The position numbers and the translations under genes are program-made. DNA of 63,748 bases, the filler included, from Reclinomonas americana ATCC 50394 (Eukaryota): assembly GCA_048213135.1 (NCBI GenBank). It is 4 parts of 3 records of this genome, joined end to end, with 100 filler letters (N's around TTAATTAATTAA, not from the genome) between each part and the next. Parts side by side here need not be neighbours in the genome. Positions count along the whole stretch, not along the records: positions 1 to 29,651 come from PS015486.1; 3 more parts are not named here. The stretch is one strand, 5' to 3'. Each line of letters starts with the position of its first letter. The first letter of the stretch is position 1. Of the stretch, positions 1-19,818 are shown one piece after another. The notes under the pieces are model-generated. The model was not told the DNA's origin. It did no database searches and worked only from the letters and a program-made list of their open reading frames with translations.

Positions 1-7402
<7,402 letters not shown>

Positions 7403-8132
7403 CGTTGCGATCTCCCTGTCGTCACCAATGCAAAATCGAGCTGCAGGACAAGGAGACAAGTCGATCAAATCGAAGTTCGCAAACTCGATTGCAGAAAAGG
7501 GTTGTTGGATGCCGCTCAGGTGCACCGTGCCCCATGCAACATCTCTGCACCCGTGCTTTCGTGTACGCCTCCCAGTTTCGGAAAGATCTGCAACATATTG
7601 ACGATTTACGATAGTTTTCTTGCAAGACACAGGGGAGGGGAACGAGAAGAACGCAATACACACACACACAGACAGACAAGAGGCGCGGACGGACGCAGAG
7701 CGCCAAGCAAAAAAAGACGACGACGGAAGGGTGCAGGAAAGGACTTCAAAAATTTCCGATACGGGTCTTTGCCAGTGTGTGCGTGTGTGTGTAGAGAGAG
7801 ACAAGGGAGAGGAGCAAAACTGTGAACGAATACGGAGGACGGTACACACAAAAGCGAGGAAGGTAGGTAGGTAGGTAGGTTGGTGGGTAGGTAGGTGTTG
7901 TTGTTCTTGACGATTGTCGACGGCCTAGCCGCCCAACCGCGACGCAGTGGGGGGAGAAAGAGATTATGGAAACATTCGCGAGGCGGGTGGGGCGGCGGCC
8001 GGACGGGGGACAGCGTATGGTGTAGGATGGGGGAAGTAGACATGAGGGGTTGTGGGGACCAACTCGGCGGCGGTGGAGCGATGCGTGGAGGCAATTAGCA
8101 GCGGCCTGTCAAGGCACGAGCAAGCGCATCGC

Positions 8133-9623
8133 TCAACGACGACCAAGAGGTTCGAAACCGATCCAGGCCACCTGCAGCGAGACAACACAGTGAGGATATG
8201 GACGCACAGAAGTGGAGCATATGAGGGGAAAACGCACCGAGTGGCCGAGACCAGAGTTGCCGACTCCCCACTTGTGGCAGAAACGGAAACTTATGGCGGA
8301 CGAGTTCTCATTGATGAGCCGTACCACCGGCAAGTCGGCAATGGGAGCCGGCTGCGCCGCCGCGTCTGGCAACACAAACACCACATACTGTGGCGTTGTG
8401 CTAAAATTGCCAGCCGAGGTGTCTACGATTCCGCAAAACTCTCCGTCGGGCGTCGTACCGCGTGGGTTGAACGGTGACACGCCAGTGCGGATCCGATACG
8501 CCTCCGACGGCTCCGTTACTGCACATACACACACGCACAACAACGACTGAGCCCCGCAGTGTCTACGCACGCCCATGGCGGAGTGGCACACACAAACCTC
8601 CAAACAAGAGATTCATAATGCTGCTGTGCAGCTGTGACGTGTCCTTCAATGCGGCTGCACGAGCGTGTCAGCAACATGACAAGACATCTCCGCAAATGGG
8701 TGGGAACTCACCAAGCTGTCGCTCCACCGCCGACAATTGGCCCTTGGCAGTCTGCATCGCGGTGGCCAATGCCTCCCGGTTGGCGGCATCTGGACGAACA
8801 AACGGTGCGAACCAATAAGGATAACCACTTGGGACGATCACGGCACTCGAGACACACATACAACAACAATCAACGCACCGACTTGGGACACACTCTGCTG
8901 ATGCGTCGTCTGCAACTGGTGAATCGTGTTCCTCAACACCGCTGCACAGCACACACACACACAAAAAGAATCGATCATTTTCAGTCAAAAACCGTTTTGC
9001 GCGTGCCCGCCCCCAACACGACTCACCAATCTGCTCGTCGGCATCCTTGGCTCCCATGTAGAGCACCAGCAGCAGCGCCGTGTTGACCATAATGACCAGC
9101 CCAAGCACCGCCAACGACGTCATCGTAGAGCACATGGCGCGTGTGGCCTTCTTCGACTTGGACGAGGGCGTGCTCGGCGGCGACGCCATCATCATCGCCG
9201 CCGCCTGCTGCTGCTGCAACTGCTGCTGCTGTAGCTGCTGCTGCTGCTGCTGTTGCTNNNNNNNNNNNNNNNNNNNNNNNNNNNNNNNNNNNNNNNNNNN
9301 NNNNNNNNNNNNNNNNNNNNNNNNNNNNNNNNNNNNNNNNNNNNNNNNNNNNNNNNNNNNNNNNNNNNNNNNNNNNNNNNNNNNNNNNNNNNNNNNNNNN
9401 NNNNNNNNNNNNNNNNNNNNNNNNNNNNNNNNNNNNNNNNNNNNNNNNNNNNNNNNNNNNNNNNNNNNNNNNNNNNNNNNNNNNNNNNNNNNNNNNNNNN
9501 NNNNNNNNNNNTCCCCAGTGGCGCCTGCTGCTGCTGCTGCTGCTGTTGTTGTTGTTGGCGGCCGGCGTTGAGATCGCTGACGCTGCGCGAGCGGTGCGAC
9601 ATCATAAACTCGTTTCCACTCAT
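8133..9623 (-). CDS. Hypothetical single-pass membrane protein with polyQ N-terminus
   Basis: PolyQ tracts, a hydrophobic segment LAVLGLVIMVNTALLLVLYM, and further GT-AG bounded exons with coding-like composition. No family recognised. Confidence 0.5.
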
Positions 9624-9937
9624 CGAAGCCGATCCTCCTCCTCCTGTTGCGCGTGCGCGCACGTGTTGTTGCGCCGACGACTGCGTTTTTTTCTCTCTCA
9701 CTCACTCACTCACTCGCGTGTGTGCGTGTGCGCGTGTGTGCCTTCCAGGGGAAAATGACACACACTTGAGACAAAAATGAGGTGGCGCAAGTTAAACAGA
9801 GGTACAGTACAAAAAAGCACGCGTGCTTTGTCTCTGCTCTCCTCTCGTCGCTCACTTGAAAAAAACCACGCTCCGGACACACGCCCAAAATTTCGCAAAC
9901 GTCCGAAATCGCGCCAGTTTTTGTTTACTTTGCTTCG

Positions 9938-12900
9938 TCAGTCGTCGCCAAACGAGTCGTACTCCAGCACCAGCTCGTCCTGGTGCCCACCACCGCCTCC
10001 TCCGCTTGCCGCACTCACCGACTTTCTCCACTCTTGCATGGCCAGCTGAGCGGACGCAGTTGTTCGTAAGTCACGCATGCATGCAAAAAAATACTGCCTT
10101 CTTTTTTTCTCTTCGAACGACGAACCAGTTCGGCAGCGGCCGCAGGGTTCGACACCGGATCCTGATTGTCGGGGTCGTCGGTGCTGTCGAGCACCACCAG
10201 AGTGTCCGAGTCGGTGAGGAAGTAGGGACCGGCGCGCACGTTGGCCACTGAGAGGATTGTGAGATGTACAGTCTTCCTGCCTCTTGACCTGTGCGACACT
10301 CTCACCTCGGCTCTTCTCGCTGTCCACCAAATGCGCAAACACGCGGGCGTTGCCGACCCACTTGGCCAGCACGAGATTTTCCGGAACAATGCTGGGGAAT
10401 GTCTGCACGGGCGAGTCGTGAGACAACTTGCAACACAACAGCTCAAGGTGGCCGCCGCCGCCACCGCACCTCCTCGACGATCTTGCGCAGGGTCGCCAGG
10501 GCAATCTTCTTGCCGCCTTCGACCGTGATCTCCACCGGCGCCTCAAAGATGGCACGAGATGGCACACGCCGGCGCACGTTAATGACGAGCGAGGTCGCGC
10601 CGAGGCGCTGCGGTGTGTCCATGACTTGGATCGCCACCAGCTTGTCGTTCACAAAGTGCTGCCGTCGCAGTGGGGCACTGTCGTCACGGAGAATACGGCC
10701 GAGAGTGTGCGTGTCCAGCACGTCAATCACGCGCAGGTACTCGACGCCAGGCTGCGCACCACGTTGTCAGCGAGAGCGACAATGGAGGGAAGATTGCACA
10801 ATGATGAACGCACCGCGTCATGAAGCTCCGCCACCTCCTCCAACGCCTTGCGCTTCAGATCGAGGAGCGTCGACGAGTTGGACAGCTCTACGCGGATCTG
10901 CTTGCTCAGCGGCAGGAACTGCACAAGAAGTCAGAAAACAACAACAACAACAATAACACGGAGAGATGTGCAAAGCACGCCCACGCAACTCCATGCATCA
11001 GCTCATCGGTCTCGGCAGGCGGCTCCACCAACAAGCGCGCCACACGGACCTCCAGCAGGCCTCCCTCTGGGATCTGTGTCGCAGTGAGCCCGAGTGCGAA
11101 CATGACAGGAACTGTCCATATTTCCGCACCTTGCCACGCTCAAAGAACAACGAGTCGCCCTCGCGCACGTTTTCGCTGTCGAGCGTGTGCGACTCGTCGG
11201 CGATCACCTCGTCGGGCGAGCCCCACATGTCCACTCGGCGCACGCGGTACTCGGGCGGCGCAATGCCCACTTGCTCTGCAATCTGCTCCTTGCTGTGACA
11301 TACACAAAATGAGCGAGTTAGCAAAGAGCGACGGCTACTGGCATTCAAAGAGCGCGCGTGCGCAACATGAGCCGCAGTGGAGCAAACTTGCTCACAAACG
11401 CCGTGAACATGCGACCAGTCGACTTGCCGTTGCTGCATTCCTCAAACTGGATGCGACGCAGTGAGCACATTGTGACGAGACGGATTCGAAAACAGGAGAC
11501 GCAACATTGATCTCGATGATGCCCAGTGACGGGGCAGGACCATCCTCCAACGCCAATCTCTGGTCGTTCGTGACGCCAACATACTGCAGTGTCACTGTCT
11601 CGCTGCCAAAGGGCGCTCCGAGCGAGTCGTCCTCCAGCACACTGACAATCGAAAACAGTGAGACTCCACACACTTTTCGGGAGACAACAAGCAGACATAC
11701 GTGGTCCTCACCGTCGCAAGCGCACTTTGTCGAGGTTAATGTGCGGATTGACCCAACACACCAGCAACTCCTTCAGCTCGCCGACCGTGGTTGTGCGCGG
11801 AACACGGGCATGCAAACGTCCGTCAACAAAGCAGACACGAATGCTGCACGGGCGTCTTATTAGCAAACGAGAGAACACATGACACCCATCCGCGTGACGC
11901 ACGATCCATCCTCCTGCTCGAGGTACTGGCGGGCCTCCATCTGGTTCTCTCGCAACCGCCTGATGGCCGACGCCAACATCGGCGAGTCTGCCGTCCGACG
12001 AGACAAACACACATCATCAGCATAAGCGTAATGCACAGCATTTTACAATGGCGTGTGCGACCGACGCAACAATTCTCAATGGTGCTGATGACCACACCAG
12101 TTGTCTCGGGGGCTGCAAAACGAGCGTGAGTCACACGTGGCGACACTCACANNNNNNNNNNNNNNNNNNNNNNNNNNNNNNNNNNNNNNNNNNNNNNNNN
12201 NNNNNNNNNNNNNNNNNNNNNNNNNNNNNNNNNNNNNNNNNNNNNNNNNNNNNNNNNNNNNNNNNNNNNNNNNNNNNNNNNNNNNNNNNNNNNNNNNNNN
12301 NNNNNNNNNNNNNNNNNNNNNNNNNNNNNNNNNNNNNNNNNNNNNNNNNNNNNNNNNNNNNNNNNNNNNNNNNNNNNNNNNNNNNNNNNNNNNNNNNNNN
12401 NNNNNNNNNNNNNNNNNNNNNNNNNNNNNNNNNNNNNNNNNNNNNNNNNNNNNNNNNNNNNNNNNNNNNNNNNNNNNNNNNNNNNNNNNNNNNNNNNNNN
12501 NNNNNNNNNNNNNNNNNNNNNNNNNNNNNNNNNNNNNNNNNNNNNNNNNNNNNNNNNNNNNNNNNNNNNNNNNNNNNNNNNNNNNNNNNNNNNNNNNNNN
12601 NNNNNNNNNNNNNNNNNNNNNNNNNNNNNNNNNNNNNNNNNNNNNNNNNNNNNNNNNNNNNNNNNNNNNNNNNNNNNNNNNNNNNNNNNNNNNNNNNNNN
12701 NNNNNNNNNNNACGATTACGACGATGATGACGGTGACAGGGATGTGTGTCACGTCGCATGGTACAAACCAAAAAGTTAAGCTGCTGCTGTGCGATACTGG
12801 CGAGTGCCTCGGGGCGGCACAAGAGAACAAAACTACCGCTGCAACAAAGAGAGGCGGTGAGATGAAATTGACTCCTGTGGGTGGTCACCGATTTGCAACT

Positions 12901-15900
12901 GGCGTCTCTCACCCGTGCAATCTTGAATCTTGAATCGCCTGATCCATCATCAGCGGTGCGCCGGCTAATGCGTACGAGTTGCCGTCGCGAGTCAGCGGAT
13001 ACACCAAGACATCGCCGGATTGCACGGACTCTACACGACCACAAAATCTCACGCGGTGAGTGTAACAGAAACACAGTGCAACAGCAGTCACGGGAGATGG
13101 GGCTACAAACCGTCGCTAAAGCGCTCTGACGCGGCCTGTACAAGCGACTGTACCGGGTTACGTCGGTCCACTTGAATCACCTTCTTGCACGCGTCTGTGT
13201 ATGCATGTAAGATGAAAGCACAGGAGAGCAAAACAACGAGAGAGGCACACAACTCTCAGTGTACATCTCCTCCCGCTGTGACCAGTACGCGGGGTCGGTG
13301 ACATCCACTGTGCTGTCGGCCATCTGCGCGCTTCCCGACCGATCGTGCAGCCGTCCATTGACAATATCCAAGCCTCCCGCCGTGAAGACGACCACGTCGA
13401 GTGCATTCATGCGTCGCACGCGCTCATCACGGACGGAATGCACACGGCGATTCTTCTCTTCCACGAGCGCCGCCAGGTGTGGAGGCGGCATGGGCGTGGG
13501 CATGATCTGCGAGCTCAGTGATCGTGAGATGCAAGAGCGCAAGACAAGAAGGTTTAGGGCACGCAACTGGCTCAGGGTCGCCGATGAACGGCGACGGTGC
13601 ACCGACAGGACGCCGACGGTAGAACAGCATGTAGGCGCACTCGGAGGAGCCACCGAACTGATTGCAGATTTGCGTCACGTCGATCGGCGTCACCATGGAG
13701 TCATTAAAGTCGAACCAGCCCGGCTGCACAAGACCAGCCACACGCGTCAACAACAAAGCACTACACAACACACATACAGGCAGACAGGTGCGCACCACAT
13801 GGGCATCGGGTGCGGCCAAGTTCGTCACTCGATCGCGCAAACGCTGCTTCTCCTCCTCCGCCTTCTTCTGCGCCTTCTTGCCCGTCCCTGGCGCATTCTG
13901 CTTCTGTTGCTGCTGCTGTTGCTGCTTCTTGCCACTCTTGCCACTCTTGCCGCCCTTGCCACCCTTGCCACCCTTGTCGCCCTTGTTGCGCTTGCCACGC
14001 TTTCCCTTCTTGCCGCCCTCCTCGGCACCGTCCTCGGTCGCCTCACCTGCAGCGGCTTCGGCCGCTGCAGCAGCTTCAGCTTCTGCGGCCTCAGCAGCAG
14101 CGGCATCGGCGAGCTCGCTGACCAGAGCGTCGACCGTGTTGGCTGTCTCCGCAGCAATGGCCGCCGCCACTGCCGCCAACGCCGCCTCTTCGCTGTCGTC
14201 CGCCACCACATTGGGGTCAGCCACCGTTCCCGCGGCACTCTCCTCTCCACTCTTCTCCTCCCCCGTTGTCTCCGTCGTCTCGCCCGCATCGTCATCGTCG
14301 CCGCTGCCGCTCTTCTTGTCCTTGTTCTTCTTGCGAGTCGGTGACACCCACTGGCCCTCGCGCAGCTGATCGCGGATGTAGGCGTGGTAGTGACCACCCT
14401 GTGCATCACCCTTGTGAATGACCACCGAGTACAAGTCGTACACGTGCGGCTGCGGCTCCTCAGACTGCGCGCCCTGCGACATCAGCTGCCGCTCCGTGTA
14501 CGGTGCCATGTCGATGGTCAGCGGGAACGCATAGTCGTGCGTCAACTTGACGTGTCGATTGCGAGTGTAGTCGTAGCGGAAGCGCAGCAGCGTGAAGGTG
14601 AGCACGTCGGGAATGCTGCGGAAACACGTGGACATGCGCGCATCGGTGCGCGCACCGCACGCATCACACTGCACGCGATTGGAGCCGACCATCAGCTCGC
14701 CCTCCACCAACGCGTCCAGTGATTGCCCCATGCTCGTCATCTCGGCCACCGTCAACGGCACATCGAGGAACTTTTCGCACCGCTCCGACGAGCATCCGCA
14801 TTGCAGGCATGTGCGTCGACTGACAGACTCGCCAAAGAACGTGTCGGGGATGAAGCGCTCGTACGGAGTGCGCATCAGCTGCTTCTCCAGCGCCTCGTAC
14901 AGCTTCTTGTTGAGCTCGGACACGTCGTGCTGGATGCGCGCCTGATTGTCGTACCAGCCGAATGCGCGCGTGAGCAGCGTCGTCGACACTGCCACCTCGT
15001 CCACCAACTGCAGATTGGCAAAGACGCGCTGCACTTGGAAAGGAATCATGCGCTTCTTCTTCTTCGGTACCGCCGGCTGCTCACATGTTGTAAGAGAGCA
15101 AAGGTATGCATGCTCAGAAGGACATACGTGCACACACCTGCTCGGCCTCGGCAGCAGCAGCAGCAGCAGCCGCAGGAGGTGCCTCGGCAGCAGCTGGAGG
15201 CGGTGGCGGTGGCGCCATGGTAGCCTCATCGAACGCATTGTCAAACATCCATTCCATAATGGCATCCGACGAGCCGGTAGGGTTCTGCTGGTACGCGTAG
15301 CGAATGTGCGCCTCGACAAAGCCCATGCTCGTCAGCTGCTCCATCACAGCCTCGGGGATCTCCACCTCCGGCACCACCTCCTCCACCACGCCAGCCGCCT
15401 CCGCCGCCGCCTTCTCCGCCGCCGCACGTGCAGCCTCCAACTCCATAATGTCCTCCTCCAGCATCAGGTCGTCCTACCCGTCGCCACACGCGTGAGCAAC
15501 GACGCAACAAGTCGGAAAATCTTACGACAATGCAAACAACTTTACCTCGTCGACGTTGAGTTCCTCCACTGACAACTGATAGAGTGCATGGCGCAATTCT
15601 GGAGTCATGAACATGGTTTGGAAGAGCGAGTTGAGGTAGCACGTGGCACCCCTGCAGGGAGAGGAAAGAGAGAGGAAATGTGAGAGACTGGAGAGGGTTA
15701 TTTTCGGTAGTGTAACACAACTGGTTGCGAAGGCCAATGAGCCCAACCGCCGGCCGCGGCTCCGTCACCACAGGCAACTTGCTCGCTACGACACACAAAC
15801 GCACACAAAGAGAGGTGGTGTCAACAAAAAAGTGGGCGACATTGCCACTTGTTCTTCCTCGCCACGCCCTCACATGCCGACACGCACCTGCTGCAGTTGA

Positions 15901-15954
15901 GGGCGCACTGGGCTGCGGGTCACTGGGCCCAAACAGCTCGCCAAACAGGTCCAT
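9938..15954 (-). CDS. Ubiquitin carboxyl-terminal hydrolase, USP40/USP47-like, with inserted UBA domain
   Basis: Cys box GLRNQ|GATCYLNSLFQ, QHDVSEL, His box YDLYSVVIHKGDAQGGHYHAYIRD, WFDFNDSMV and SECAYMLFYRR. The N-terminus MDLFGELF resembles USP40. Continuity across the 12152-12711 gap is assumed. Confidence 0.85.
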
Positions 15955-16032
15955 TCTCACGCACACAAGAGAGAGAGAGTGATCAAAGTGAGCGCGAGTG
16001 TTTGTCCTTCCTTCTTCTCTCTTTGTGAAGCA

Positions 16033-19000
16033 ATGGCCTCGGCGTCCTCGGCGACCAGCACTGCTGCGTACGAGCTGTTTGCTCACACGCATCGACCACA
16101 ACTGGAGAGCATTCAGCTGTTGCGCGCGCATGACACACACACAGCAATCTTCCGATGATGCTCATTCACACATGCATGCATGCACGCACAGGCCGCAGTC
16201 GCTGTGGAGACCGCTGTACGACAAGCTTGTGTTGCAGTTGTTTGACATTGGGCACGCGGTGGCGTTTGATGAGATCGCGGAGGATGATGATGAGGATGAT
16301 GAGGGATTGGGGCATCGTGCGGCGATGCGACGCCGTCGCTATCGTGTACTCAGTGCCGTGGAGATGACTCCCGGTGCAGATGTGTTTCTGGTGCGCGCGT
16401 GCGCGCACAAGTCGACTGACACAGGCAGTACTTGCATGCTCACGCGCGTTTGCTGGTAGATTGATCATGCGTGGTCCACGACACCGGAGAAGGCGCGCTC
16501 CGACTTGCGTGCGCATCCGGATCTCGTGCAGCGCCTGATGCGCCTCATGATGCTCGAGGACATTGAGGAGCCGGTGGAGGATGAGGCCGAGTCGCAGCCG
16601 CAAGTGCCGCAGCTGGATGAGCTGCCGGTGGCGTCGAGTGCCGAGGAGTGGCTGAGTGCGTGTGGCAAGTCGTGGGAGACGCTGGTCGATGAGGAGGGGG
16701 CGGTGCTGGAGTGGGACTGGGAGGAGGACTCGGTGGTGTCGCTCAGCGATCAGGTGCTGGTGGAACTCGTGCATGGCATGGAGGCGCATGGAGTCGGTCG
16801 CGAGGCGGTCACTCTGTCGTTCTGGGGCAACACGGCCCTCACCGACGTGGCGCGCATTGCTGATGTGGTGAGTCACAAGTCTCGCGAATACAGAGCCCCG
16901 ACCTCGTTGCTCACTCACTCTACACAGCTGCAATACTTTTCGCATCCGCGCGCCCTGTGGCTGAATCACACGCACGCCGCGTTGCATGCAGGTCTCCGTG
17001 AGCTGGTGTGCGAGAAGCTGCCGTCACTGGAGCTGCTCAACTCTAAGTTCACGCACAAGTTGTGTGGTGCCTCGTTGCCGCGTTCCTCCGCTTCTATACC
17101 ACTGCTCACTGGGTGTGTGCAGTTACACGACGTGGGCCGTGACCTTTGCGAGCGTCGGCGATGCGGTGCAGACAGCCGATCAGGCGGCCACACTGGTGCA
17201 CTTGAAGCTCACGAATCGCGATGTCACTCTTGTTGCGTCTTTTGGTGTTCAAGCGGTGGCGCGCAGGCTGTCTCACAATTACGCGCACAGTGGAAACCGG
17301 AGGTGTTTGCCGAGTTCCGTAACGCACGCACGATTGATCTGCGTGGCAACAAGTTGGTGACGGAGGACGGTGCGGCGATGCAACCAGGAGTGTTGGAGGC
17401 ACTGCAGGCGTTGCCGGCACTGCGCGATGTGGTGCTCGACGAGGCGACGTACAGACGCGCCGTCGTCTTGGAGGCTCTGGTTGCCGGTTTGCCAAGGTTG
17501 CAAACAATCAACGGCAGCACGCCGACACCGCAGGTACAGAACATGTCACTTGGTTTGTTTCCTGGGAGTGACTCACTCTGCTTGGTGTACAGCCGCTGTC
17601 TGTCTTTGAGCGCAACGTGGATCGTGTGGCTGCACGCATGTGGCACTACAACCACACGTACCAGTATCATGATGGCGAAATGTGGCGCAGCATCTGGTGT
17701 TGCGTCCACAATCATGTCTCTGTTATTGTTGCCAGTGAGCTCACTCGCCTCTGTGTGTGTAGACATCATGGACGAGGTCGGATCCAACATGGGCCACAGC
17801 GACTCGCCCAACTTCAAGGTGCATCCGTTCCTCTACACCAACACAATGGAGACGTTCTCGGTGGCCTGGCCGATCAAGCCCATCAGTCGTGCACAGCAAG
17901 TGAAGCGAGACTACTACGCCGGCTGCAAGGACGACATGGAACGCATGTGTCGTGCAGTCGGCATGAGCACCGACTGGGAGTCGTGGGATATGACGCCGTT
18001 TGCCCAGGCCTTGCAGGCCTGGCGAACGCTGCACAGTGAGCCACAGTTGCGTCGACTGGTGCAGTTCGGTTCACTGGCTTCATTTCTCGACTCATATGAC
18101 ACGCGCGGCACAGGCTCGGCAAGCTGCGACGTCACATGGAGGAGCTCAATCTGTGTGCCATCCCGGCAGAGCGTCGATCACGGCCGGTGCCTGCCGAGGT
18201 GTCGGCAGAGGGTTCGGCCGGTCGGCGGTACAAGGTGTTTACGGATGTGTCGCAAATCCAGCAGCACCTGAATGACCCCATATTTGGTGAGGGCGCCGTG
18301 TTGTCGTTTTATTGTGAACGGCCGCTGATCGTTCTTCGTGGGCGCAGAACTCGTACCCGAGTGGGAGCAGGCCGATTTTGTGTGGGTCAATTCCGACATT
18401 CGTGACTTTGGACAAGTGCTGCAGGGTCAAGTGGTCAACCAGTTCCCGAACGAGCGAGTGCGTGTGCATTCCATGAATTGTGCATGTGTGTGTGTGTGAG
18501 TGTGCGTGACTCATGACTCGTGGTGATGCAGATGTTCACAGTCAAGGATCTGTTGGCGGAGACGGTGCAGTGTGGTCGACCTGGTGCGCGTTGGCTGCCG
18601 ACCACGTTCAATCTCGAATACGAGTTGGCCGAGGTACGCGGTGCGCAGGGCAACATTGCGTCACTGCATTCTCTCACTCGACGTTGCAGTTCATTGGCGA
18701 CTACTGGGAGCGGTGGTGCAACGGCGGGGACACGCACTACATCGTCAAGTCGTGGAATCTGGCTCGCAGTGCCGAAATGGCGGTGTCGAACTCGTTGCAG
18801 ACGGTGGTGCGAATGAAGGAGGCAGGCCCGCGCATTGCGTGCAAGTGTTGCGTCTGCCGCTGTGTCTCCCATGCTTTATTATCTTGCTCAATCAATGGCG
18901 GCAGACATTGAGCGTCCGGGCACGCTGTGGGGGCGCAAGTTCGACATGCGATGGAATGTGATTCTGCGCAAGGTGGAGCCGCTGGAGTTGTACGTGCACC

Positions 19001-19722
19001 GCGTGTTCTGGCCGCGCTTGGCCAACCAGCAGTTCGCACTCAACTCGTTTGACGAGTACGAGAAGCATTTCACGGTGCAGAACTATCGCGCGTCGGCCAC
19101 TGGACTCACCAACATTCTGCCGCCCGAATTCGTACCAACGTACGAGGAGCTGTACCCGGGTCGGCGATGGGCCGATGTGCAGGTTTGTCTCTCAGCGAAT
19201 AAATTAGTGGATGGAGAGCGGTGTCTGACGTGACGTGTCGGTGTCGCACAGGAACGCATTCACGCGGTGATTCGCGAGCTGTTCGAGACGATTGCGGCGT
19301 CGGTGCTCGAGGGCAACGACTACTCGGCTGCCTTCTACGGTCTCGATATCATGCTGGACGCCGATGCAAACCCATACGTCCTCGAAGTCAATTTTGGCGC
19401 AGGTGCAGTATCGGTTGTTGCCGCCTTCGTCGTCCGCGCGTGTGTCCTCATCATGCGTGTGTGGCGGTGGTGCAGACAATACGCGCGCCTGTCGGTTCTT
19501 CCCAGAGTTGCGTTGGCAAGAGAGAGGGGTGATATGTCGATAAGCTGAGCAGGAAAAACTGACGTGCGCCTCTGCAGGTTCTACAACCAGGTGTTCCGGC
19601 TCATGTTGCGTAATGTGTGCCACTGGTGTGCTTGTGATTGGTTGGAAGCTCACACGTGGTACATGCCAATGCACAGGTACTTGGGCGAGCAGAACGACGA
19701 GGTGTTTGTGCGACTGGCATAG
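16033..19722 (+). CDS. TTLL12: Tubulin-tyrosine ligase-like protein 12 with LRR-like insertion
   Basis: VFL|IDHAWST, IWYIMDEVGSNMGHSDSPNF, NQFPNE|MFTVKD, YIVKSWNLARS, CKYIERP, KFDMRW, YEKHFTVQNY and LEVNFG motifs after GT-AG splicing. ATG at 16033, TAG at 19720-19722. Confidence 0.92.
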
Positions 19723-19818
19723 GTGGAAGGAAACAGTGAAGTGAACGCCAAACAAGAATCGTAATCAATGAGATACCCGAATTGCATTTTCGTTCGCCAC
19801 CGCTGCGCGTCTGCCGCC

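Noticed and set aside
16700..17532. LRR-like insertion in TTLL12
   Set aside because: A similar LRR-containing TTLL12 architecture is known from plant homologues, so it is not novel.
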